From: Octopus vulgaris
Taxonomy: Eukaryota
Assembly (NCBI GenBank): GCA_951406725.2
Contig: OX597822.1
Span: 79,732,001-79,796,000, forward strand
Direction: 5' to 3'
DNA: 64,000 bases
Shown: positions 26,480-53,000 of the stretch, piece by piece
How the letters are laid out: the number at the start of each line of letters is the position of its first letter
How positions within the stretch are numbered: the stretch's first letter is position 1
Made by a program: the position numbers and the translations under genes
Notes under the pieces: model-generated
Seen by the model: only the letters and a program-made list of their open reading frames with translations
Told to the model about the DNA's origin: nothing
The model's database searches: none

Positions 26480-26875
26480 TTTTTACTCTAGGCACAAGGC
26501 CCGAAATTTTGAGGGAGGAGGCCAGTCGATTAGATCGACCCCAGTACGCAACTGGTACTCATTTAATCGACCCCGTAAGGATGACAGGCAAAGACGACCT
26601 CGGCGGAATTTGAATTCAGAACGTAAAGACAGACGAAATACTTGTTTCTTTATTACCCACAAGGGGCTAGACACAGAGAGGACAAACAAGGACAGACAAA
26701 CGGATTAAGTCGATTATATCGACCCCAGTGCGTAACTGGTACTTATTTAATCGACCTCGAAAGGATGAAATGCAAAGTCGACCTCGGCGGAATTTGAACT
26801 CAGAACGTAGCGGCAGACGAAATACGGCTACGCATTTCGCCCGGCGTGGTAGCGTTTCTGCCAGCTCGCCGCCAT
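26480..26875 (-). mobile_element. Dimeric tRNA-derived SINE with Meta-like central domain and 15-bp target site duplication (also ~40956-41351 and ~53349-53744)
   Basis: Head GGCGAGCTGGCAGAAACG..GAGTTCAAATTCC and the TTTCATCCTTTCG.GGTCGAT domain. TSD AA(TC/CG)TACAAGACTCT at 26465-26479 and 26876-26890. Confidence 0.85.
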
Positions 26876-27664
26876 AATCTACAAGACTCTCATTGTACTG
26901 AAGCCATATATCTAACTTTAGCTACACAAAAGTGTAGGTTGTAGGGTTAGTAGTAATGGAATGCCTGATGATGGAAGGGGAGATGAATAAAAGAATGATA
27001 GGGGTGGCCAATGCTTATTTGGATTATCAAATAAAATGGAAATTTAATGAAACAACCAAAAGAGGTAAGTAATATAAACTTTAAGGGTGGAAATTAGAAT
27101 TGAAGGATACGGGAGGTAGTAATTTATATCATAGCAAATTTATATTAAATTTAAAATTATATAAATTATATTAAATTTAAAATTATATAAATTGATTTAT
27201 ATTAAATTTAAATCAATATATAAAATATGGATAGAAATTAAATTTAAAACCCAATAATCGGATACTTTAATATATAAGAAAAGACTATTAAGACTTTTTC
27301 TAAGCATAGTGTTTAGAAGGTCATAGAAAAACCTTAACCAGTTTTAGTATATAGACACTTAATGAATATTTTGTATGATTAAAAATTTTACTAAAATAAG
27401 GATTCTAGTAAATTATATAAAAAGATCTTATAAATTGTCAAAAAAAAAATTATAAAAATAAACACTAATAAAGGATATACAAATGTATAAAAATATCAAA
27501 TATAAATATAAAATAATTTATATAACATAAAGTGTAATTACAATTACAATATAAAAATTATAATATTGTATTATACAGTGAGTTTTATGAGTTTAATGAA
27601 AAGAAATTATAAACTGCAAAACCCTTTATAAGCTATAGAAGCTACACAAATGTATAAGAGTGTC

Positions 27665-28775
27665 TATTCTTAGTCTTAGGTCCTACTGCTCCATGTGACA
27701 CATTGGGCAGCAAGGCTTCTCCGACGTGGTCGGTCCGCCGCGGCGATTTCAACTTCATCCCATGAATTGTCAATGGCTTTGAGGTTGTCGATGAACGTGT
27801 GGCACCTAGTCGCTTTCGGTCACCCTTGTTTTCTCTTGCCAAGCGGTGGCTTCCACAGAATAGTGGCTTCCGCATGCCGCGACGATGGCAATCGGAGGAC
27901 ATTGCCTGTGAATCGCAAGCGGCGCTCAGAGACAACGTCATGGAGTGGACGTGTATCAGTTTGGCGATGTATCTCGTCGTTGGTGATGTGGTCTTGGTAT
28001 AATATTTGCAGTATCTGCCGGGGGCGTCGTAGCTGAGCTACATTGAGCCTTCGCGCGATCTTTGCCGCTGTCTTCCGCGTTTCCACCGCATATATTGCCC
28101 ATGGTGTGACGATGCTGTTGAAGAGGCGCACTTTGACCTTAGTGGAGATCACTCTGCCTGCCCAGATGGGTTTGAGTCTTTGAAGGATAGCTGAGGCCTT
28201 CCCAATCCGGCAGCCAACGTCACGTTCGGCGTCTCCGTCGTTGACCACGATGCTGCCCAAATAGGTGAACTCTTCAACTTCCTCGATTTGGTGTTATTCA
28301 ATCATCAAGGGGACGCTATTGTTGTTCCCATCGTTATATCCAATCCTCATTATTTTCATCTTGTTTGCACTTATGAGGAGTCCGATCTTGGCCGCTTACC
28401 GCTTACACCACGGAATCCCAAATCCGCGTTGGTGCATCGCCCCGCACATGACGAAGTCGATCGCCATAAGAAATATTAGAGGGGATAGAATGCACCCTTG
28501 CCTTACAGCGGTCTCAATGTCAAAGCAGTCGGTGTAGCCGGTCTCCGTTCGAACGCAGCACCTAGACTCGAGAGAAAGGCTCCGAAAGGCGTCGAAGAAA
28601 TGCTCGGGAATGTCGAAGTCATGAGCTATGTACCCCAACGTACTCCGGTGTACGCTGTCGAATGCCTTGACAAAACCAATGAAAATGATTGATTGCCGTT
28701 GCTTATACTCCGGGCTTTGTCCGATAATGTTGAGAAACGTGAAGATTTGTTCATTGCACAACCGTCAACAACCGG
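27665..28775 (-). mobile_element. RTE-clade LINE 3' portion in the right foldback arm (also ~41525-42650 and ~53918-55030)
   Basis: KAFDSVHR, VRQGCILSPLIF, YLGSIV..RIGKASA..KVRLFNSIV..RRLRF.G.V.R..W.P..GKRKQG. The ADD catalytic segment is deleted. It has an AAGAG.GTATA-like duplication at the insertion site. Confidence 0.88.
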
Positions 28776-30430
28776 GTATATAAATAGATAAAAATTTAAC
28801 AATACAGAATATAAAAAAATAGAGAGATTTTATAATAATTTTATAATAATTTTATAAAAATGTTATAAAATATTTCTTTACAGAATGATACAAAATGTAT
28901 AACTGAGGTATAAATAAGGATAAATTAAATTAAAATAAAATAAAGATTATTTTATAATTTATAAATTCATACAGGTATATGGAAAAAAGATCTTAGAAAT
29001 GTTATTATTAATGCAATATAAAATAAAATTATATGTATGAAATATCAAGGAAAATAAAAAATAAAGATACCTTTGGAAATAAAAAAATAAGGACATGTTT
29101 GGAAATAAAAAGTAGAGATACCTTTGGAAATGAAAAATAAAGCTACCTTAGAGTATCATGTATTTATGAGATTACCCGTAGATTGAAATACATTAGAAAC
29201 AGGTAATAATAAGGATTTGGAAGCATTTTGGTAGCATGAGTTTTCCGGGATATCATATCAATCATAGCGTACCCTCTATTATCTCGAAATCTATTCAACA
29301 TTGCTTTCTAATAACCTTTATCCCCTTTGATATATATACCTGCAATAATTAAATTATATATTGATCACTTCAGTATTGGGATTCTCTTCCCTCATAGTCA
29401 GTATAAATTTACAGTAGATTACTAACTATCGCACCTACCCTGAGTATAAGGTATACTCCCTAAGATCTGTTATTATTCTACCTAGATCAGTGTCTTTGGT
29501 GTGTTTTAGAAATATTTTATAAACCCGTTTCCAAAGCTACCTTTTTTTCATTTCCGTTAATATTTGAAACATATATTTTATCTTTATATTGTATTAATAA
29601 TGATAACATGTCTAAGAATTCTATTCGATATACCAATATGATTTATATTATAATTCCTAAAGTAATCCTTATTTTATTTTATTTTATTTTAATCTATCCT
29701 TATTTATATCTCTCTTATACCTTTTGTATCATTCTGTAAAGAAATATTTTATAAAATTTTTATAAAGTTTTATTTCATTTTTATAAAATGTTTATGAAAT
29801 GTCTATATTTCTTATATCTTATATTATTAAACTTCTATGTATTTATATACCCTCTTATACATTTGTGTAGCTTCTATAGCTTATAAATAGTTTTTTTCAG
29901 TTTATAACATTTTCCCATTAAACTCATAAAACTCACTACATACAATATTATATTTTTTACATTGTAATTACACATGTTTTATATTTTATTTTATATTGTC
30001 ATTACACGTCTTATAAATTTTTAATATTTATATTTGATATTTGTATACATTTGTATATCCTTTCATATACTTTCTCAGGGTTTATAATTTATAAATAATG
30101 TCTTTTGGCAATTTATAAGATCTTTTGATATGGGAATCGTTATTTTGGGAAATTTTTTAATCATGCAAAGTATACATTAAGTGTGCATATATAATTGTAT
30201 CTCTGTGTTTGTCTATAAATACATGCATATATTTTTTATTATTATTCATAAACCTTGATTCGACTGAGGTGCGAGACAGCAATTTTCTTTCCTGCAACTT
30301 TTCACGTCTCCCTTACCTCCAACCCATTCATTTCACTTCGATATAAAACTTTTATCTTTTGTATAGGCGTAGGCGTGTCTTTGTGTGGTAACTTGCTTAC
30401 CAATCACATGCTTCCGAGTCCAGTCATATA

Positions 30431-30503
<73 letters not shown>

Positions 30504-31364
30504 AGAGCTTTTGAAGTGGTGTACTGATATTATATATTGAGAAAAAGGAGGCAGTTAGAATTTTGGATAATCCTCTATTAACGATTTCGTTTGTTTACGG
30601 ACACTTCAAGACAAAATCAAAATGCTATAAACGGTATGTTTTGTTGTTCAATTATATGAATAGGATGTATTTTGTTTTGTTTAGAGGAGGAGAATATGGT
30701 TTTTGTTTTTGTTTTGGAAAAAAGGAGAGAGAGAAAAGGAAAAGCAAAGCGGGGGTGGGACAGAGAGAGAGAGGGGTAGGTTTCAGGACAATGAAGAAAG
30801 AGGAGAAAAAATAATAATAAAGGATGGGGAAAAGGACAGAAAGTTAGATAGATATAGGGAGACAGAGAAGGAGAGAGAGAGTGAGAGAGAGGTTACTTTT
30901 GAATTTGATGTGGTCATTTATTTGAAATTTCATTTCGTTTTTTTCTTTCTCCATTCTTTTTCTTCTTTGTACATTGTATGTCCGTCAACATATTTGTAAA
31001 TAAGCACATTTTCTCCCAAGAGTCGGTGACCTTTCAAAGGTGTCAATATTAGAAAGACGGAAGGGTATGGTTATCCCTTAAAAATAAAGACGTGTTCAAA
31101 ATTCAAAGGTCAATAAAGATGTATATTCGTTCACATTGTATAGCCATGTCCCTTATGCTGTGTAATTTCATGTTTTTGCATGAACAAACATTAAATATTA
31201 GTACAATATTCATAAATTCGGAAACGAAAGCCAGAATCAGGAATTACTTTGCCAAGTAGCTACATTAGATATCTTTCCTAAAAATGATTCTGGTATTCTT
31301 TCTCAGGTGTTGTAATTTCTATAAGAACAACAGTTGTCAAAATCCCAATATTATATATATGTAT

Positions 31365-31934
<570 letters not shown>

Positions 31935-31940
31935 TATATG

Positions 31941-32393
31941 TGAAAAATCAAGTCGAGATAGAAAATGCTAAAATAGTTTAATAAAGAACATTTCAGTACC
32001 GGTTTCAGCTATTTGAGACCTTTTCAACTGTAACGATTAAATAATTGAATTTAGAAAAATCAAAAGAAAAGTTTTTTTAAAAGAATATTTGTATAGTGTT
32101 CAAATATAAGTGGCATTTTCCTTATTTCTGCCTTTCTCTGTCTCTCTTGTTTACACTCGTGGGTTCGAGGTCGTTGTGAATTCTTGGTAGGGAAGAAGAA
32201 GAAGGAGGAGGAGAAGGGGGGGGGGGGGTAGAATTTGGGAGTGCCTTGATTGTCGTATTTTGAATGGTCATTGGCGGCTAGCAGTTGCTGTTCAATTCAT
32301 GAGAATATTTCTATTGAAAGGTTTGTTTATAGAATTTGAGTAGGTGTTATACTAAAAAAGCATTAGTGATAAAGTTAGGAAGTAGAAGGTGGA

Positions 32394-32440
<47 letters not shown>

Positions 32441-32755
32441 AGAAGAAGAAGAAGAAGAAGAAGATGATAATGATGATGATAATGATGATGATGACGATGA
32501 TGATAACGATGATGATGAAGAAGAAGAAGAAGAAAGAGAAGGGAGAATATGAATGAGAGAAAGGCAGAAACAAGGAAAATGCCACTTATATTTGAACACT
32601 ATACAAATATTCTTAAAAAAAAAACTTTTGTTTTAATTTTTCTAAATTTAATTATTTAATCTTTACAGTTGAAAAGGTCTCAAATGACTGAAACCGGTAC
32701 TGAAATGATCTTTATAAAATTATTTTAGCATTTTCTATCTCGACTTGTTTTTTCA
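31941..32755. mobile_element. Non-coding Penelope/retrozyme-like element: ~200-bp inverted repeats with hammerheads around a (GAA)/(GAT) core (also 44682-45481 and 57617-58437)
   Basis: 31941-32138 is the reverse complement of 32556-32755. (TA)n lies on both flanks and there is no ORF. Confidence 0.72.
32666..32702 (+). ncRNA. Minimal hammerhead ribozyme, U3-A8 core (copies at 45392-45428 and 58348-58384; minus-strand mirrors at 31994-32030, 44735-44771 and 57671-57707)
   Basis: CAG-TTGAAAA-GGTC-tcaaat-GACT-GAAAC-CG-GTA-CTG. Confidence 0.68.
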
Positions 32756-32801
32756 TATATACCAACTTGTGTGTTCTTTTTCATCCTTATACATACATAT
32801 A

Positions 32802-32871
<70 letters not shown>

Positions 32872-33089
32872 TCTGGTCATTTATAGCGATGAGTATCACG
32901 TTGTTAACATTGGAACCACATTCACAAACAGCAGCAATAATGTAATATAAATGGTTTCCTCTTCATCCATCATCATCACTATTAATGAGTAATAATAAAA
33001 ATGTAGTTACTTAGAATTTTTTGATGAAGTGTAGCTCCATTGGTTTTCGGAATTTTTAATAACTATAATGATAATGGTTTCAATTTTTG

Positions 33090-33435
33090 TCACAAGGGAT
33101 ACAACTTTGGGAGAGGGTACTTATTTAATCGACCTTGAAAGTATGAAAGGTTAAAATCGTCTCAGACGGAATTTGAACTCAGAAAGTAGTGGCAGACGAA
33201 ATACCTATTTCTTTACTACACACAAGGGGCTAAACACAGAGAGGACAAACAAGGACAGACAAACGGATTAAGTCGATTATATCGACCCCAGTGCGTAACT
33301 GGTACTTAATTTATCGACCCCGAAAGGATGAGAGGCAAAGTCGACCTCTGCGGAATTTGAACTCAGAACGTAGCGGCAGACGAAATACGCCTACGCATTT
33401 CGCCCGGCGTGCTAACGTTTCTGCCAGCTCGCCTT
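33090..33435 (-). mobile_element. Dimeric Meta-like SINE followed by (TAA)n (also ~45835-46175 and ~58780-59125)
   Basis: Same family as 26480-26875. Confidence 0.8.
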
Positions 33436-33439
33436 AATG

Positions 33440-33506
<67 letters not shown>

Positions 33507-34010
33507 TAATAATAAGAATATTAATAATAATAATAATAGTTATAAATGCCCTGATGCAGTACCAGGCAATGGCTCTCATGGCTTCTAATCTTAACCGATT
33601 GGAAATGTTATCACGAATCTTGGTTTTTCTTGGTATAAAAGAGGGACTACAGCAAATATTCTGCTCAATACCACAGATTTGCTTGTCAGTTGTTTGTCCT
33701 TAGCCTTTTGAGCACGTGGCTGACGATATATGCATCTCTGATTACGAACAGAAGTAGCGGGGGAGCATCATGGCCATGTGTTGAGAGGAATTCTTGGATT
33801 TGGATAATTCACCAACGGAAACGTGGGTATTTTGTTTATCATCCTTAAACAAACCTTATTCAGGGACCTTGTGAGAGGGATGGGCTACTCGACCTGAAGG
33901 GAATTCTATCTGATAAGGCCGGTCTATGGGATTATCTTGGGTTCCACGTTAATAAAGCACTTAGCTTTACAGCGTATCATCAGACACCAAAACCTGTTAG
34001 GGACATGGCC

Positions 34011-46750
<12,740 letters not shown>

Positions 46751-46971
46751 TCTATCACCGGAACTGTAAAAATCTGGTAAACTTCCCAGGAATTTATCAG
46801 TTACATATATAAGAGCATGTCTGGATATGTAACTATATCCATGAGAATACATACATAAAAATACAAATCAGCACATACATACATGCATATATGCAAACAT
46901 ACATACATACATACATACATGCATACATACATACATACATAAATACATACATACATACATACGTACGTACA

Positions 46972-47005
<34 letters not shown>

Positions 47006-48685
47006 CATACATACATACATACATACATACATACATACATACGTACATGCATTCATACAAACAAAAATACCCTGTTGTTGATGTTGAAATTCTAATGAAG
47101 GAATCTTGGATGTAGGTTAGAAACCGGTTCTTTCTCTATTGGCAGAAATCTAGAAATAAACTGAATAATGACATACATACATACAAAAACATCCCGTTGA
47201 TGTTGAAATTCCAATGAAGGAGCCTTGGATCTGGGTTAGAAATCGGGTCAGCAGCAGTGGCGGTGCCAACGATGGCAATAACAACAACAACAACAACAAC
47301 TACCACAATGGTAACACCGTAGCTGACTGCATGTGGATAAAACCCCATAATCAGGGAATGGAGAAGGTAAAATCCAGGCTACATATGTTTCATAGCTAGC
47401 AAAATCTCGGAAGTAGTAATTACTCAAAGCAAGGGTAATCCGCTAGCTATTCGTCGGGCCCAAGATACCTTAGTCAAATGAAGGTTACTTTGTCGTCAGG
47501 GGGCCCCATATTAACTCGTAGATTTGATGGTAAATGTGTGGAAAGTACAAAGTCGGAGAAGGAAAGGGAAAACGTATTTGAAGAAATGATATGTGGGAGT
47601 AGTAAAAGTGGGAGTGTGTAAAAATCTGATTTGTTAAAGGAAAGAATATATATATATATATGTATGTGGGTGTGTCTGTGTATGTGTGTGTGTGTACAAT
47701 GTTTCTGCGCAAACATACACAAACGCGCGCGCGCGCGCGCTTAAATTTATCGTCACACCTCAACTTCATTATTCAGTTCGACATCGTAACTTCTGAATAG
47801 ATTGGTCACACGAGAAAAAAGGTAAGAAAGTAATATTTCTCAAATTTTTATACTTAATTCGTTGTTTTAAGAAATCATTGAAGACTAGCGGGACCCGTGA
47901 ATATTTCACAGTAATAATGGTAAAACCATTGCGTTATTTCTGAAAAGTTTATCCAAAGAACCTGAAAGCATAGCCTGTGTTGTGTCTGTATGGAAAGATA
48001 GTTGCTCATCTGCCACTCTTTGAAATGTGTAAGAAATTGGAATACGATGATTACTTAATGCACTCTAAGTACTTTATGCACAATTTTATAGACTTGATAC
48101 ACAGAACTCAGAGAATAAATATTCATTCTTATATTTCCATTTTCTCTATAAGCAAAAACAAAAAAACATGTATCTCTCACATGTGATAGAGCTTTTAGAT
48201 AAATTGCTCATTTTTGCCACGTAAATGAACTTGAATATTTCAACGAATTGCACCTAAACACATAAGTTTTGCAATAGGTAATACAAAAAGCTTAGTTCAA
48301 TATAAAAAGAAAACACACTTCATTATCCATGAACTCTCTCTTTCTTTATCTCGTCCTCTATTCTTTCTCCGCCTTTTTCTTTGATCACCTGAAAGCTCTA
48401 CCGACAGGAAGCAGAATTACTACGATACTTTTCGGAGTCAATGTAGACAGAATTACTTTTCGTAGGTATCGTCGTAGTATACAGTGATAAGAAGGCTAAA
48501 CTTGCTGTACTTAGTTTAGATGACAATCTTTTGCTTTAAGAGACGTATCCAAACTTTCCATCAGCTAACTCTTCAATTTCAGTAACATACAAGAGACGGA
48601 TTTGACGATTTGTCTTCCATTTTAACTTCTTTGTTTAACTGCCCTACCGAACTTGAAGGGCCGCAGATACCTTAATTTCCATACT

Positions 48686-48743
<58 letters not shown>

Positions 48744-49717
48744 GAGCAGCCGTAGTAGTAGTAGCAGTAGCAGCAATAGTAGTAGTAGTAGTGACGGCGG
48801 TAGCGGTAGAAGCAGTGTTGGAAGTGGTTGTCGTATTGGTGGTAGTGATGATGGAGATTATCCTGCGGTGGTTGTGGTTGTGGTGGAGCTGGTGGTGGTG
48901 TTGGTTGTGGTGAATGTGGTGGTGGTCAAGGTGATGGTCGTAGTACTGGTCGAAGTAGTAGTAGTAATCGTAGCATTGGTGATGGCATTTGTGATGGTGG
49001 TTTTGATGGTAGTGGTAGTATAGACGTAGCTAAGCTCTGATCGAGATCTCTGCAGTAAAAGTTGCCAAATCGGTGACAGTCCGTCCTTTGTATTCGATCC
49101 TAGTATACCAAGGTTTACAATATATTCAATGTGCCCCACCTTGTTTAAAGTGTTAGGGTGTGAGATGAGGGGGTGTTTTGTCTATTATTCCTTGCATACA
49201 ACAAGGGAAAGAATCGAGATACAAAAGTTTGTTTGGCTTTACACATACATAGGAACATAACTAGATGTTCACAAACATAAACGGTGAGAATGGAGGCGTG
49301 CGAAGAAAGGAAAGATTAAAACTAGAAAAGCATTAAAACGTCTCATGTCAAATAATCGAGCGTCGAATCAACGGCACCAAACAGGCGGCGCCAAAACGGC
49401 TGTGCCAAAGTGTCTTATGCCCGTTATGCACATCTTAATGTTAGGAAAACAAGATGCTACGAAAATTCTTTTAATGTCAAAAGGAAAAACTAATGGAAGA
49501 GTCAACGTAATCTTATATAGTTTACTTGTTTTACTCATTGGACCGCGACCATGATCGCCTTTAAATGTTTAATGAACCAAATAGATCCTGGCAGTATTCT
49601 ATCGAACTCTTTCTGCCGGACCAAAAGGTTACGTAGACGTAAATGTAAACAAACCAGCACCAATTGTCCAGTTGTGGTGGGGAGACAAACATTGTGCAAG
49701 TGCAAAGAGTCATATAC

Positions 49718-49752
<35 letters not shown>

Positions 49753-50003
49753 ACGGATTTCTTTCAGTTTCCGTCTACTAAATGCACTTACAGAGCTTTG
49801 GTCGACCCATCGCCATAGCAGATGACATTTGCCCAATGTGCCATATTGTGTGAATGAACCCAAAACAACATGGCCTGTAAGCAAGCTTCTTAACCACACA
49901 TCCACACAATACTTTTGATACTATTTGCAATTTTACAGCTATCATGTGGTTTATATGAAACAGTTACTAGACACAAACACGCACACTCATACGCACACAC
50001 ACG

Positions 50004-50035
<32 letters not shown>

Positions 50036-53000
50036 TATATTGCTAGTGTCCTGGGGGGGGGGGTGAGATTAGTGTGGTTATTAGTAATAGAGAGAAACGA
50101 AATCAATGTTACAGTTTGAATATATCATTTCAGACATGTCACCCGTCGAGCAGGTACAACTATGTTTTGTACGGGGTACGGGAGAGAGAGAGAGAGAGAA
50201 GGTGTGTGTGCGTGTTTGTATGTGTGTGTATCATAAAGGATTACGTCTGAGATTGAATTGCTTGTTATATGATCCACTTTATGGGAATTTTTCAAACGAA
50301 GGCAGCATGGTGGAATTCATAATAAATCGGATGGGATGAATGACCCCCAAGGTTGGGACGGGAGAATATCCCTTTATTCCTTTATTATTTTTTTGGTTTC
50401 AGTCATTTGGCTGCACCCATGCTGGAGCACCACATTTAGTCGAACAAATCGGCCCCAGGACTTTGTAAGCTTAACACTTATTCTATCGATCTCATAGGCC
50501 GAATCACTAAGTTACGCGGGCGTAAACTCACCAGCATCGATTGTCAAGCGATGGTGAGGGGACAAATACAGATACACAAACACACACACCTCCCCACACA
50601 CACACATATGACTGAACCCAGAACCATGTGGTTGGGAAGTTACATACCACACAGACACGCCTGTGCCTATACAAAAGATAAAAGTTTTATATCGAAGTGA
50701 AATGAATGGGTTGGGATAAGGGAGACGTGATAAGTTGAAGTTAAGAAAATTGCTGTCTCGCACTTCAGTCGAATCAAGGTTTATTAATAATAAAAAAATT
50801 ATATATGCATGAATTTATAGACAAACACAGAGATAAAATTATATATGCAAACTCAACGAATATTTTGTATGATTAAAAAATTTCCCAAAATAACGATTCC
50901 CATATCAAGTAAATTATATCAAAAGATCTTATAAATTGTCAAAAGACATTATTTATAAAATATAAACCCTTTAAATTATCTTATAGATTATCAAAAGACA
51001 TTATTTATAAATTATAAACCCTGAGAAAGTATATGAAAGGATATACAAATGTATACAAATATCAAATATAAATATTAAAAATTCATAAGACGTGTAATGA
51101 CAATATAGAATAATATATAAAACGTGTATTTACAATATAAAAAATATCATATTGTATGTAGTGAGTTTTATGAGTTTAATGGAAAAATGTTATAAACTGA
51201 AAAAAAAAAAAAACGTTTATAAGCTATAGAAGCTACACAAATGTATAAGAGGGTATATAAATACGTAGAAGTTTAATAATATAAGATATAAGAAATATAG
51301 AAATTTCATAAAAATTTTATAAAAATGAAATAAAAACTTTATAAAAATTTTATAAAATATTTCTTTACAGAATGATACAAAAGGTATAAGAGAGATATAA
51401 ATAAGGATAGATTAAAATAAAATAAAATAAGGATTATTTTATGAACTGTAATATAAATCATATTGGTATATCGAATAGAATTCTTAGACATGTTATTATT
51501 ATTAATACAATATAAAGTTAAAATATATGTTTCAAATATTAACGGAAATGACAAAAAAGTAGCTTTGGAAACGGGTTTATAAAATATTTCTAAAATACAT
51601 CAAAGACACTGATCTAGGTAGAATAATAACAGATCTTAGGGAGTATACCTTATACTCAGGGGAGGTGCGATAGTTAGTAATCTACTGTAAAGTTTATACT
51701 GACTATGAGGGAAGAGAATCCCAATACTGAAGTGGTCAATATATAATTTAATTATTGCAGGTATATATATCAAAGGGGATAAAGGTTATTAGAAAGCAAT
51801 GTTGAATAGATTTTGAGATAATAGAGTGTACGCTATGATTGATATGATATCCCGGAAAACTCATGCTACCAAAATGCCACCAAATCCTTATTATTACCTG
51901 TTTCCAATGTACTTCAAACTACGGGTAATCTCATTAACACATCATGCTCTAAGGTAGTTTTATTTTTCATTTCCAGAGGTATCTCTACTTTTCATTTCCA
52001 AAGGTGTCCTTATTTTTATTATTCCCAAAGGTCTCCTTATTTTTTTATTTCCAAATGTATCTTTATTTTTTATTTTCCTTGATATTTCATACATATGATT
52101 TGATTTTATATTGCATTAATAATAATAACATGTCTGAGATTTTTTTCGATATACCAGTATGATTTTATAATTTATAAAATTTGTATCATTCAGTTAAGAA
52201 ATATTTTATAAAATTTATATAAAATTATTATAAAATCTCTCTATTTTCTATATTCTGTATTATTAATTTTTATCCATTTATATACCCTCTTTATATACCC
52301 GGCTTTAGATGAGGACGGTTGTGCAAAGAACAAATCTTCACGTTTCTCAACATTATGGGACAAAGCCCGGAGTATAAGCAACGGCAATCAATCATTTTCA
52401 TTGGTTTTGTCAAGGCATTCGACAGCGTACACCGGAGTCCGTTGGGGTGCATCGCTCATGACTTCGGCTTTCCCGAGCGTTTCGTCGACGCTTTGTCTCG
52501 AGTCTAGGTGCTGCGTTCGAACGGAGACGGGCTACACCGACTGCTTTGCCATTGAGACCGCTGTACGGCAACGGTGCATTCTATCTCCTCTAATATTTCT
52601 TAAGGCGATTGACTTAAACTCATAAAACTCACTGTATAATACAATATTATATTTTTTATGTGTAATTACACATTGTTATGTATATTATTTAATTTTGTAA
52701 TTACACATGTTTTATAATTTATATTTGATATTTTTATATATTTGTATATCGTTTCAAATACTTTATTAGTGTATATAATTTATAAATGATTTTTATTTTG
52801 ACAATATATAAGGTCTTTTTATTTAATTTACTGGATACGGGAATTGTTATTTTAGTAAATATTTTAATCATACAAAATATTCCGTGTTTATATGCCAAAA
52901 CAGGCTAGGGTTTGATTACGATCTTCTAAACACTATCCTTAGGAATGAAGTGACAGGTGTACAATTCATTACGGCCGTTTCAAACGGCTTCTTTAATTGA

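Larger units (their letters stand above)
23720..30440. repeat. Nested AT-rich foldback structure (large inverted repeat whose arms are themselves inverted repeats), copy 1
   Basis: 23745-25745 is the reverse complement of 28455-30430, and 25745-26080 matches 27300-27600. Within one arm, ~23990-24670 is an inverted, diverged match to 25200-26010. Confidence 0.88.

Noticed and set aside
26800-26875. tRNA gene on the minus strand (also the SINE heads at 31690-31767 and 33360-33435)
   Set aside because: These are tRNA-derived SINE heads with A/B boxes continuous with SINE bodies, and no complete cloverleaf is present.
23900-30250. Mitochondrial insertion (control region or rRNA)
   Set aside because: The region is AT-rich, but I could not recognise any mitochondrial tRNA, rRNA or protein motif. 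A BLAST search would settle it.
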